DNA of 64,000 nt from the NCBI GenBank assembly GCA_016777225.1, contig JADHRW010000001.1, forward strand, positions 76,103-140,102. Reading direction: 5' to 3'. The position numbers were made by a program, and so were the translations under genes. The stretch comes from Candidatus Thalassarchaeum sp. (GTDB lineage Archaea; Thermoplasmatota; Poseidoniia; Poseidoniales; Thalassarchaeaceae). This document shows positions 1 to 8,127 of the stretch, piece after piece (position 1 is the stretch's first letter; each line of letters opens with the position of its first letter). The notes under the pieces are model-generated. The model saw only the letters and a program-made list of their open reading frames with translations. It did no database searches and had not been told where the DNA came from.

Positions 1-1503
1 AAGATCATAATTACCAACTTCAGAAGTTAACTCCGTATTAATAGAATACTGATATCTAGAATTACCACCATTACCAATAATTTCCGGTCCTTCTATCCAA
101 GTATCATCCCATGATTCTGAACCTGATTCAGAGTATTGTAATGTAGGATACATAGTATTCATAGTATCAACTAAATCGTTGGCAATAGCACTGACTTCAA
201 ATTGTACAGTACTACCTCTATTTACATTTGGAGAAGACACGGCAGTTGGCGTGCTTGGAACTGGAGGTAGGTCATGTAATCCAGAGACATCTGCATAATT
301 ATTACTTGCAATTCTATCTCCATCAAGATTACTTAGCCTCGCTCGGAATACTGAAGTCCCTGATGGTTGCATTGCTATAGAAGATGTATCAAAATTAACC
401 GAAAAGTCCTGAGTTGCTCCTGTTGCAAGATTACTGTTGATTGAAGCTCCGGCTAAATACACCTCTTCCAAACCATCTAAGAAGTAAATGTCGATATTAC
501 CTCCATCTAAATATGCATCTACACCATTATTCTGTAGAGTGGAGCTTAAGACCAGATTATCGCCCTGAATAAAACCAGGGTTGCCCTCTATTATGAAATC
601 AGAAATTCCGATATCAACTAATGGAGCCATATCTAAATCAATTGCAGCATAGAAATTATTGTAAGATGTGTGAGGACCATCCATTAGCGCTACAACTGGC
701 CAAAAATTCTCATATTGAGTTTTACCATCTGCAGCACGGACTACGCTAAGCGACTCATCCCAAGAAAGTTCAGAGGGGTTATTCGGGGACAATATCACTT
801 GTTCAAAACCATTATTATTTGTATTCAATAACCAAGACCTGAAAACATGATGAGGTTTGTAACCATCATCATAGTTCTCTGCACCGGAGTGCTCAGTGAC
901 TGCGGCATAGACATATACAGAAACAGAAGGAATAGACCCTAAATATGTGATTGTCAAGTCTGTAGTGACGATTTCACCTGCGGAATCTAGAGAAGTTGAA
1001 AGTTCCATAGTGAAGTCTGATGATGAAGGGGCCATGCAACCACCAGATGTGTAGTCATTATCATAGAAATTTGTCCCTCCTGCGCCAACCTTGTAACAAC
1101 TACCAGTTTGCTCATCGGCAAAAGAAAATGTAGGATATCCGGAAGATGCTGCCATTACATGATCTCTTCTTGTGCCTGAACTACCTATAGCGTCATCAGG
1201 CCATCCAGTACCAGATCCTTGGAAGAAGGATACATAGGTGAAATCATCAGGATTTGAGGTTTTAAGATTATTCAAAGATGGAGATGCACTGCTCATACAA
1301 GGCCCACACCAATGAGCACCTACATACTCACCAAAAACAGAATGACCGGGGCTTGAAGCGAAAAGAGGAGCTGCTTCCATCTCTAGTTCATTATTTTGAG
1401 TATCGATTTTCTCACATTCAATTAAACCGATTTGAGACATAGTTAACATCAAAAAAACTAGCGCTAAAGCCGAAATTGAAGAGGTCAATCTACTACGTAA
1501 CAT
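1..1503 (-). CDS. Secreted or surface protein, N-terminal 501 aa only (3' end runs off the window): hydrophobic signal/anchor, thioredoxin-like WCGPC motif, then a CARDB-like region
   Basis: Not in the supplied ORF track because it is edge-truncated. Hand translation of the minus strand from ATG 1503..1501 stays open to position 1: MLRSRLTSSISALALVFLMLTMSQ...GEYVGAHWCGPCMSSASPSL...DIGISDFIIEGNPGFIQGDNLVLSSTLQNNG... It has a hydrophobic N-terminus, a CxxC redox motif and a CARDB-style D-I-x-I...N-N-G pattern. Confidence 0.6.
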   Translation of the reverse strand, partial: MLRSRLTSSISALALVFLMLTMSQIGLIECEKIDTQNNELEMEAAPLFASSPGHSVFGEYVGAHWCGPCMSSASPSLNNLKTSNPDDFTYVSFFQGSGTGWPDDAIGSSGTRRDHVMAASSGYPTFSFADEQTGSCYKVGAGGTNFYDNDYTSGGCMAPSSSDFTMELSTSLDSAGEIVTTDLTITYLGSIPSVSVYVYAAVTEHSGAENYDDGYKPHHVFRSWLLNTNNNGFEQVILSPNNPSELSWDESLSVVRAADGKTQYENFWPVVALMDGPHTSYNNFYAAIDLDMAPLVDIGISDFIIEGNPGFIQGDNLVLSSTLQNNGVDAYLDGGNIDIYFLDGLEEVYLAGASINSNLATGATQDFSVNFDTSSIAMQPSGTSVFRARLSNLDGDRIASNNYADVSGLHDLPPVPSTPTAVSSPNVNRGSTVQFEVSAIANDLVDTMNTMYPTLQYSESGSESWDDTWIEGPEIIGNGGNSRYQYSINTELTSEVGNYDL

Positions 1504-1560
1504 TGCTGTAGCGCTTTCATAGTTTGGTATAACGTTAACTATATATTGCTAGATAAATAA

Positions 1561-1576
1561 CGACCCTTAAGGGTCG
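1561..1576. promoter_or_regulatory. Perfect 16-nt palindrome CGACCCTTAAGGGTCG in a 121-bp divergent intergenic region
   Basis: Read directly; it is self-complementary over all 16 nt. It lies between the divergent starts at 1503 (-) and 1625 (+), close to the TATA-like run CTATATATTG (1539-1548). Confidence 0.3.
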
Positions 1577-1624
1577 GTTAGTCTACAAATGACTTGAAAC
1601 CATAGAGCCTTCGCGAAGAAAGTA

Positions 1625-2437
1625 ATGGTTGGAGTTAAAGATTCAGAATGGGTTGCCCTCAGAGAGGATGATGGTAGAGCATATTTACTACAAAAGAAAC
1701 CAGGAGAAATTAAAATAAAAGGACTGGGTAGATTTGATGCTAATCAACTACTGGATGGTTTTTCTGTTGGAGACAGGATTAAAGTCGGACAAAAATCACT
1801 CACTATAGTCAATGCTGCTTTACCAGAAGCACGGCGTAATATGTTTAGGCGCGCACAAACTATAGGGATAAAAGACTCAGGATTTCTACTTTCTTGGATG
1901 GGTATTGGAGTAGGTAGTCGTGTATTAGAAGGAGGTCATGGATCCGCTGGTATTGCAATGCATTTGGCTAATGTTTTAGGAGAAAAAGGAACTCTGATTT
2001 CTGTAGAAATACGGGAAGAACATGCGCAAGTAGGTAAACAAAATATGGATAGATTGAAAGAAATCTTACCTGAATTCCCAGATTGGCATTTATTAGTTGG
2101 AGACTTGATAGACGTCGGCGATAAAGTGGAGTCAATTTGTGGAAATATCGATGCTGCAATTATAGACATGGCTGAGCCATGGACTGTAGTGGATTCAATA
2201 ATTCCAACACTTAGGATTGGAGGTAGGATTGCTTGTTACTGCCCAACTACGTCACAATTAGAAAAGTCATGGAATGCATGTGAAGAAGCGGGATTAGAGA
2301 TTGAGTGGGCTGGAGAAATGATAGAACGAAAGTGGAGTAAAGCAAGCAAAGGTGGCGTGAGACCTGGCAATCAACCAATGGGACATACAGCATTTTTAAT
2401 TATTGCAGCCAAAATTGCATCTGAGGAAGAAGAATAG
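1625..2437 (+). CDS. trmI: tRNA (adenine-N1)-methyltransferase, TrmI/GCD14 family
   Basis: 270 aa. It has an N-terminal small beta domain, then SAM-MTase motifs VLEGGHGSAGIAMHLANVLGEKGTLISVEIREEH and DAAIIDMAEPW (the family signature D-x-x-x-x-D-hydrophobic-x-x-P-W). Confidence 0.75.
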   Translation: MVGVKDSEWVALREDDGRAYLLQKKPGEIKIKGLGRFDANQLLDGFSVGDRIKVGQKSLTIVNAALPEARRNMFRRAQTIGIKDSGFLLSWMGIGVGSRVLEGGHGSAGIAMHLANVLGEKGTLISVEIREEHAQVGKQNMDRLKEILPEFPDWHLLVGDLIDVGDKVESICGNIDAAIIDMAEPWTVVDSIIPTLRIGGRIACYCPTTSQLEKSWNACEEAGLEIEWAGEMIERKWSKASKGGVRPGNQPMGHTAFLIIAAKIASEEEE

Positions 2438-2473
2438 ATTTGATTCATAACCAAGTATTCATCCGCCGTAATC

Positions 2474-3883
2474 ATGCGAGACAGTAGCGAGTGGAAACCT
2501 ACATCTTATCGAACACATACAATAGGACAAATCGTCAGTAATGGTTCAACATTACTTGATACTGAAGTGAGCATAGCTGGATATGCAGAAACAATACGTG
2601 GCAGAGGTGCTATTTGCTTCCTAATGTTAAGAGATGGAACAGGTCATATCCAGGCATTTTTAAAGAAAGATAATATGAATCCAGAAACCTTTGATTTGAT
2701 ACAGTCTGCTACAAGAGAATCCACAATTCAGGTGACAGGTAAGGTTGCACAAAAAAGACCACCGAAAGTAGCTGAAGGAGAACCTTTGCCACCTCCAGAA
2801 TATGAAGTAAATGTAACCTCAGGCGAGATTCTTGCTAATGCAGCGACACCACTTCCAGTTGGAGTAATTGATGACGTTAAGATTGGACTCGACATCAGAT
2901 TAGATAATCGTCATTTAGATCTTCGAAGAGCACATGTAAATGCTATGTTCCAGTTAAGAAGTAAAGTATTACAGTATGGAAGAGAACATCTCATAGAGGA
3001 AGGATTTATGGAAATGAATAGTCCTAAAATAATCGCTAGTGCATCAGAAGGCGGCACTAATTTATTCCCTATGATGTATTTCGATACTCCTGCATTCCTT
3101 AGTCAATCACCTCAATTGTACAAACAATTAGCTGTCCTTGGAGGTCTCGAAAGAGTTTTTGAAATAGGACCTGCATTTAGAGCGGAGAAACATGACACAT
3201 ATCGGCACCTCAATGAATTTATTTCATTCGATATAGAAGGAGCTTGGATGAATGATGAAGATGTCATGGGCGTCCAAGAGCGTATGATTCATCACATTTG
3301 GTCATCTATTTCAGAAAAAGATTTAGATTTAATTGATATAATTAACAATTATAAAATCAGTCAAGGAGAAGAAATAGTTACTGTCGAAATTCCACAAGTA
3401 CCATTTCCAAGAATACCGTATTGTGAAGCTGTCGAAATAGTCAAATCAGGAGGTGGTGAGATAGAATGGGGAGACGATATAGAAAGCCATCATTGTGACT
3501 TGATAGCTGCAAAATATCCAGGGTTTCATTTCCTACCTCGTTGGCCTATGTCAATGAAACCATTCTATATCTATCATGATAAAAATGAGAAAAGCGATAC
3601 AGGAGGGCAATTAAGTCGTGGTTTTGATCTGAATTATGGCCGTGATGAAATGACAAGTGGAGGTCAAAGAGAACATAGAGTAGACATGCTCGAACAAAAC
3701 CTTAGAGAAATGAATCTTAATCCTGATGATTTCAAATTCTACACTGATGGTTTCCGTTATGGTGCACCCCCTCACGCAGGTTGGGGATTAGGAGTTGCTC
3801 GTCTACTAATGGTACTCACTGGTGCAGGGAATGTTAGAGAAGTAGTATTATTCCCTAGAGATAGGACCAGAGTAACACCGTGA
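2474..3883 (+). CDS. aspS: Aspartyl-tRNA synthetase, archaeal/eukaryal type
   Basis: 469 aa. It has an N-terminal OB anticodon-binding domain and class II motifs: FRAEKHDTYRHLNEF, GFDLNYGRDEMTSGGQREH and GAPPHAGWGLGVARL. Confidence 0.95.
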   Translation: MRDSSEWKPTSYRTHTIGQIVSNGSTLLDTEVSIAGYAETIRGRGAICFLMLRDGTGHIQAFLKKDNMNPETFDLIQSATRESTIQVTGKVAQKRPPKVAEGEPLPPPEYEVNVTSGEILANAATPLPVGVIDDVKIGLDIRLDNRHLDLRRAHVNAMFQLRSKVLQYGREHLIEEGFMEMNSPKIIASASEGGTNLFPMMYFDTPAFLSQSPQLYKQLAVLGGLERVFEIGPAFRAEKHDTYRHLNEFISFDIEGAWMNDEDVMGVQERMIHHIWSSISEKDLDLIDIINNYKISQGEEIVTVEIPQVPFPRIPYCEAVEIVKSGGGEIEWGDDIESHHCDLIAAKYPGFHFLPRWPMSMKPFYIYHDKNEKSDTGGQLSRGFDLNYGRDEMTSGGQREHRVDMLEQNLREMNLNPDDFKFYTDGFRYGAPPHAGWGLGVARLLMVLTGAGNVREVVLFPRDRTRVTP

Positions 3884-3898
3884 ACTAGACTGATTAAT

Positions 3899-4072
3899 AT
3901 GCTTCCACAATTGAAAATTTTTCTTGATATTATTGATGCCTCAGGTGATGATTTTGGAATTCCGATAAAAGGTATTATTTCTAAAATAAAGAAAACACTT
4001 CTTGCTGCTTTTATTCTAACAATAATTAGCGGAATAGGATTAGGATACCTGATATTTGTAGTTATTCTTTGA
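3899..4072 (+). CDS. Small tail-anchored membrane protein (57 aa), hypothetical
   Basis: It falls below the ORF-track size cutoff. Hand translation gives MLPQLKIFLDIIDASGDDFGIPIKGIISKIKKTLLAAFILTIISGIGLGYLIFVVIL*, with one clear C-terminal TM helix. It fills an otherwise empty 245-bp gap, co-directional with its neighbours. Confidence 0.35.
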   Translation: MLPQLKIFLDIIDASGDDFGIPIKGIISKIKKTLLAAFILTIISGIGLGYLIFVVIL

Positions 4073-4128
4073 TCAGAATTCGAAAATACGTCACCGAAAA
4101 GAATGGGTATCAAAAACCCCTGCGGTAA

Positions 4129-4875
4129 TTGAGAATTATGGGTAAGCCGACCTTTGCATATTTACTTCTAAAAGAACATCCCTATGGAAGAGAGATGTTG
4201 AAACAATTGATTTCCGAAGGATTTATTCCATCTATTATCATTACTGAAGATTCTAAAATTGCTGATGAAGAAAGAGAAAAATTTCTGAAAAGAATTGAAG
4301 GTAACTCTATAGCTCCAGAGATAAATAAACAATTAGAGAAAATAGCTATTAAAGGGCATAATGTTAAAAATATAGAAGTTCCAATTCATAATTCTGCAGA
4401 AGTTATGCCGCACTTAATTGATTTAGATTTAGATCTAATAGTTTTTGGAGGGACAAGAATAATACGAGGAGAAATATTAGATTACCCTAAACATGGAGTG
4501 ATTAATAGCCACCCTGGTCTATTGCCTGAATGCAGAGGTTCGGCTTCACCTGCTTGGAGCGTATATCATGATATACCAATTGGGTCGTCCACTCATTTCT
4601 GCGATAATGGAGTAGATACAGGACACCTATTACTTAGGAGAGAAGTACCAGTGAAAAGAGGCATGAAATATGAAGATCTTTGTTATGAAACTCTTGTTCT
4701 GGCGGGAATTTTGATGAAGGAAGCATTGATGGCTTATGATGAAGGTAGATGGGATGAAATGCGTCGACCTCAGGGAGAGAGCCCAAACCCAACTTTCCGT
4801 AATGCTCCTGATGAAATATTAGAAGTAGTCTACCAGAAATTATCTGAGGAAACTTATGCTCATTACGTAAACTAG
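4129..4875 (+). CDS. Formyltransferase-family protein (Fmt/PurN-type catalytic domain only)
   Basis: The signature VINSHPGLLPECRGSASPAW (N-x-H...LLP..RG) is followed by VDTGHLL (candidate catalytic Asp). The ORF opens with TTG at 4129; the first ATG is at 4138. Confidence 0.7.
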   Translation: MRIMGKPTFAYLLLKEHPYGREMLKQLISEGFIPSIIITEDSKIADEEREKFLKRIEGNSIAPEINKQLEKIAIKGHNVKNIEVPIHNSAEVMPHLIDLDLDLIVFGGTRIIRGEILDYPKHGVINSHPGLLPECRGSASPAWSVYHDIPIGSSTHFCDNGVDTGHLLLRREVPVKRGMKYEDLCYETLVLAGILMKEALMAYDEGRWDEMRRPQGESPNPTFRNAPDEILEVVYQKLSEETYAHYVN

Positions 4876-4884
4876 GTGTGAAAA

Positions 4885-5691
4885 ATGAAAAACTTACTTA
4901 ATTCAAAATTCCCATATGCAGATAATATACTTAAGGGAAAAACAGCACTTGTTTGTGGCGCATCTAAAGGGATCGGAAAGGCAACTGCTCTAATGCTAGC
5001 TCGAGCAGGAGCACAAGTAATTATCTGTGCAAGATCGTCAGAAGAATTAGAAAAATTATCACAAGAAATGCATGGGGATAATCATATCGTTTTAACTTTG
5101 AATCTAGAAGATATATCTATGGTTGAATCTAAAATCACAGATCTGGTTCGTAAACAACCTATACACATACTTGTCAATAATTCAGGTGGACCTCCAGGAG
5201 GACCACTTCTATCTAATACTGTAGATGAATTTGAAGGCCCATTCAAAAGACATTTACATGCAGCTCACACAATTACTCGTATTCTAACTCCTATTATGGA
5301 GAGAGAAAAATATGGAAGGATAGTCAATATTATTTCTACATCTGTCAGGGAACCGATAGATAATATCGGGTTATCAAATACTCTTAGAGGAGCAATGGGG
5401 TCATGGGCAAAGTCACTATCTCGTGAATTGAATCCTTGTATCACAATAAATAATATACTTCCAGGTTTCACGGACACAGACAGGTTAGGTTCACTTGCAG
5501 GTTCTATTTCTAGCAAAACTGGTGATACTATAGAGCAAGTACAAGAAAAATGGATGAATTCAGTACCTATTCAACGACTGATTGACCCATTAGAAACAGG
5601 TGCTGCTGTAACATGGCTTTGCCTTCCTAGTAGCGGAGCAATTAGAGGTATTAGTTTGGCAGTAGATGGTGGAAGAATGCGGTCAATTTGA
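4885..5691 (+). CDS. Short-chain dehydrogenase/reductase family protein (FabG-like fold, atypical active-site region)
   Basis: Rossmann motif TALVCGASKGIGKATALMLARAG, NNSGG, GRIVNIIS and INNILPGFTDT are present. By eye the expected YxxxK position reads LSNTLRGAMGSWAK, so no obvious Tyr is there. Confidence 0.8.
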   Translation: MKNLLNSKFPYADNILKGKTALVCGASKGIGKATALMLARAGAQVIICARSSEELEKLSQEMHGDNHIVLTLNLEDISMVESKITDLVRKQPIHILVNNSGGPPGGPLLSNTVDEFEGPFKRHLHAAHTITRILTPIMEREKYGRIVNIISTSVREPIDNIGLSNTLRGAMGSWAKSLSRELNPCITINNILPGFTDTDRLGSLAGSISSKTGDTIEQVQEKWMNSVPIQRLIDPLETGAAVTWLCLPSSGAIRGISLAVDGGRMRSI

Positions 5692-5703
5692 GAGTGATGT
5701 AGA

Positions 5704-6945
5704 GTGTTATTCGATATTTTCTTTTCTATTTCTCAAACACCTGATACATCTGACTACATACCTTCAGAAAATGAAATGTTCTCAAATTTTCTTGACCAGG
5801 TAGAGTTAGCAGATGAATTAGGATTTGGAGTGGGTTGGGTGGCTCAGGCTCATCTATCTACTGAAATTCAAAAAAGGAATAGTAAACCAGTAGTTCCTCA
5901 TTACCCGGGAGAGGTTGGTTTGTGTACAGACTTCTTTCAAATAGCACAAAAAATGTTCTCAAGAACAAAGAGGATGGATGTAGGTAGTGCAGTGTTATCT
6001 ATTTTGGCATCAGGAGGGCCTATAGCAATTGCAGAACGCGTAGGATCATTCATCGCATTACATGGTATGATGGAAGAAGAAAAAAGACGCTTACATATAG
6101 GATTCTCAGCAGGAAGATTTGAATTTATGGCTAGGCCATACGGAATTGTCCCTAGAAATAAAATTGAAGAAGCAGCATGGCCAGCACTAAGAGGTCAAAT
6201 ATTTGCAGAAGCATCAGAAATATTTCTAAGATTACTGAATGGAGAAGTTATTTCTTCAGATATGATAAGAGATACAATTCTAACAAGAGAAAATTTTCGC
6301 TCTGATGAGGATTGGCAAAAGGTTCAACAAGCATCAATGGAATATAATAACAGTAATCAAATACCGGAAAAAATTGATATCCCTCACCGGTATAATTTCG
6401 AAGAAATTAAGACAATACCTCAGGAATGGAGAAGAGAATTACTTAATTTAGTATTAGGTAGCCATGATCCAAAATTGCAAATTGAAGTTAATAAATGGAG
6501 ACCAGTACAGGTTTTTAATCTCAGCATCACACCTCCCCATGTCATTGAAGCAACGCATGATAGAATGAGTGAATATTATCACAAAGATGGTGGAGAATGG
6601 AATAGGAGTATGATGCCTCGTACAATTATGGTATTTGTTAATAATGAAGAAGGTTTGACTTCTGAAGAACAAAGTATAGCTGCTCAAAAAGAAGCAAAAG
6701 CGGCTCTTTCTACCTATTGGAGCGCTTTAGAGGGAACAATAGATCCTTCAAAAGTAGAGAGAGCAAGCGATAATGCAGTTATTGGAAATGTAGAAGAAAT
6801 TGCAGAACAAATTAGACAAAGGTTCCATAGCAGTGACAGACTAATGTGTTGGTTTGACTTTTTCAATCACGATAGTGAAAGAGTGAAGCGCGATATGACT
6901 GCATTTATGACAAAAGTTGTACCAATCACAGAGGAGGAAAATTAA
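5704..6945 (+). CDS. Luciferase-like monooxygenase (LLM) family flavin-dependent oxidoreductase
   Basis: 413 aa with a GTG start. The N-terminus FDIFFSISQTPD...FLDQVELADELGFGVGWVAQAHLS matches the LLM TIM-barrel opening pattern. Its stop abuts the next ATG (TAAATG at 6943-6948). Confidence 0.65.
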   Translation: MLFDIFFSISQTPDTSDYIPSENEMFSNFLDQVELADELGFGVGWVAQAHLSTEIQKRNSKPVVPHYPGEVGLCTDFFQIAQKMFSRTKRMDVGSAVLSILASGGPIAIAERVGSFIALHGMMEEEKRRLHIGFSAGRFEFMARPYGIVPRNKIEEAAWPALRGQIFAEASEIFLRLLNGEVISSDMIRDTILTRENFRSDEDWQKVQQASMEYNNSNQIPEKIDIPHRYNFEEIKTIPQEWRRELLNLVLGSHDPKLQIEVNKWRPVQVFNLSITPPHVIEATHDRMSEYYHKDGGEWNRSMMPRTIMVFVNNEEGLTSEEQSIAAQKEAKAALSTYWSALEGTIDPSKVERASDNAVIGNVEEIAEQIRQRFHSSDRLMCWFDFFNHDSERVKRDMTAFMTKVVPITEEEN

Positions 6946-8127
6946 ATGGATAATAAAAGACAAATTACACCATCGTCAGTCTCACCAGGTAGACCCGGGT
7001 CTGCTGTATTCCCCACTAACCCATTAGGAGAAAAACACGAAGGTATTGCTACTGGGAGAGATGTAGAATGGGAACCTTTAGTGGATTTTAGAAGAATGGA
7101 TATTTCAGAGAATACAATCCATGGAGCTGTTGCTTGGGCTCATGGAAATGAGATTGTTCATTCATTTGGAGGAAATGTTCTTGTTTACGGTAGATCAATG
7201 ATGAAACCACTAATGATGAAGGCTTTTGCAAAAGTATTGGAGGATGAACTAAATTGGAAACAAAAGGCTATTTCATGTTCATCTCATAATGGTGATACTG
7301 AGCATGTAGCAGCTGCACAATCGATACTAACTGAATCAGAATGGGGGCTTATGCAATGCCCCCTAGATGTTCCACTTATTCAATTTGGAAGACAGGTTAG
7401 AAGACCGAGAAGATGGTTCCATACATGTTCAGGAGAACATGCTGCATTATTGAAAGGTTTACGAAAAATGGGAATGAATAGAGCCGGCTATACACTACCA
7501 AGTTCACCATGGTTTCCTATGTTTTTAGATGTCCTAAGAGATTACATGAACAAACCAAATTGGCAACCACTTAGAGTTGCTAAAGATGGTTGCGGGCTCC
7601 CTACTGTGTCCAACACTGTTGACGAACTTGCTGTGATGTTCGCAGGTCTTGCAACTAACAAAGATGAAGATTGGATATGGGAAGCGATGAATAAAAGTCC
7701 TGATTTAATAGGCGGGTTCAATCGTTTAGATTCTACCTGCTTGAAAGCTGGAGATGGAAAATTAATCGCTAAAGAAGGAGCCGATGGATTACTTGGATTA
7801 TCTATAGAACATCCTGATTGGCCCAAAGGGCTCGGTATAGTCATAAAAATTGCTCATGGTTGGAATTCACAAGCAACATGGTATGTGGCAAGAGCCGTTT
7901 TAGGAGTATTAGGTATTGAATTAAGAAATCCTTACCCTCTACATAGACAGAAAGCATTTATTGTTCCAGGAATAGTTCCAGAAAAATATCAAGATGCCTT
8001 AGAAAAGGTAGTGACATGGGATGAATGGGACCCTGATCAAGATAGATTCAACTTAGATTGGAATGAATACTCAGCAGGTATGACTCGAAAAGGCCCATTT
8101 TCTAATGAAGGCGGTTTGGAGGGATAG
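6946..8127 (+). CDS. Asparaginase II family (PF06089-like) amidohydrolase
   Basis: Family motifs occur in order: YGRSMMKP, CSSHNGDTEHV, CSGEHAALLKG, KDGCGLPT and AKEGADGL. Confidence 0.7.
   Translation: MDNKRQITPSSVSPGRPGSAVFPTNPLGEKHEGIATGRDVEWEPLVDFRRMDISENTIHGAVAWAHGNEIVHSFGGNVLVYGRSMMKPLMMKAFAKVLEDELNWKQKAISCSSHNGDTEHVAAAQSILTESEWGLMQCPLDVPLIQFGRQVRRPRRWFHTCSGEHAALLKGLRKMGMNRAGYTLPSSPWFPMFLDVLRDYMNKPNWQPLRVAKDGCGLPTVSNTVDELAVMFAGLATNKDEDWIWEAMNKSPDLIGGFNRLDSTCLKAGDGKLIAKEGADGLLGLSIEHPDWPKGLGIVIKIAHGWNSQATWYVARAVLGVLGIELRNPYPLHRQKAFIVPGIVPEKYQDALEKVVTWDEWDPDQDRFNLDWNEYSAGMTRKGPFSNEGGLEG

Noticed and set aside
3772-4113. A 113-aa minus-strand ORF spanning the aspS 3' end and the following gap.
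   Set aside because: It overlaps the well-supported aspS coding region in antisense and has no recognisable motif. The gap is better explained by the co-directional 57-aa tail-anchored ORF at 3899-4072.
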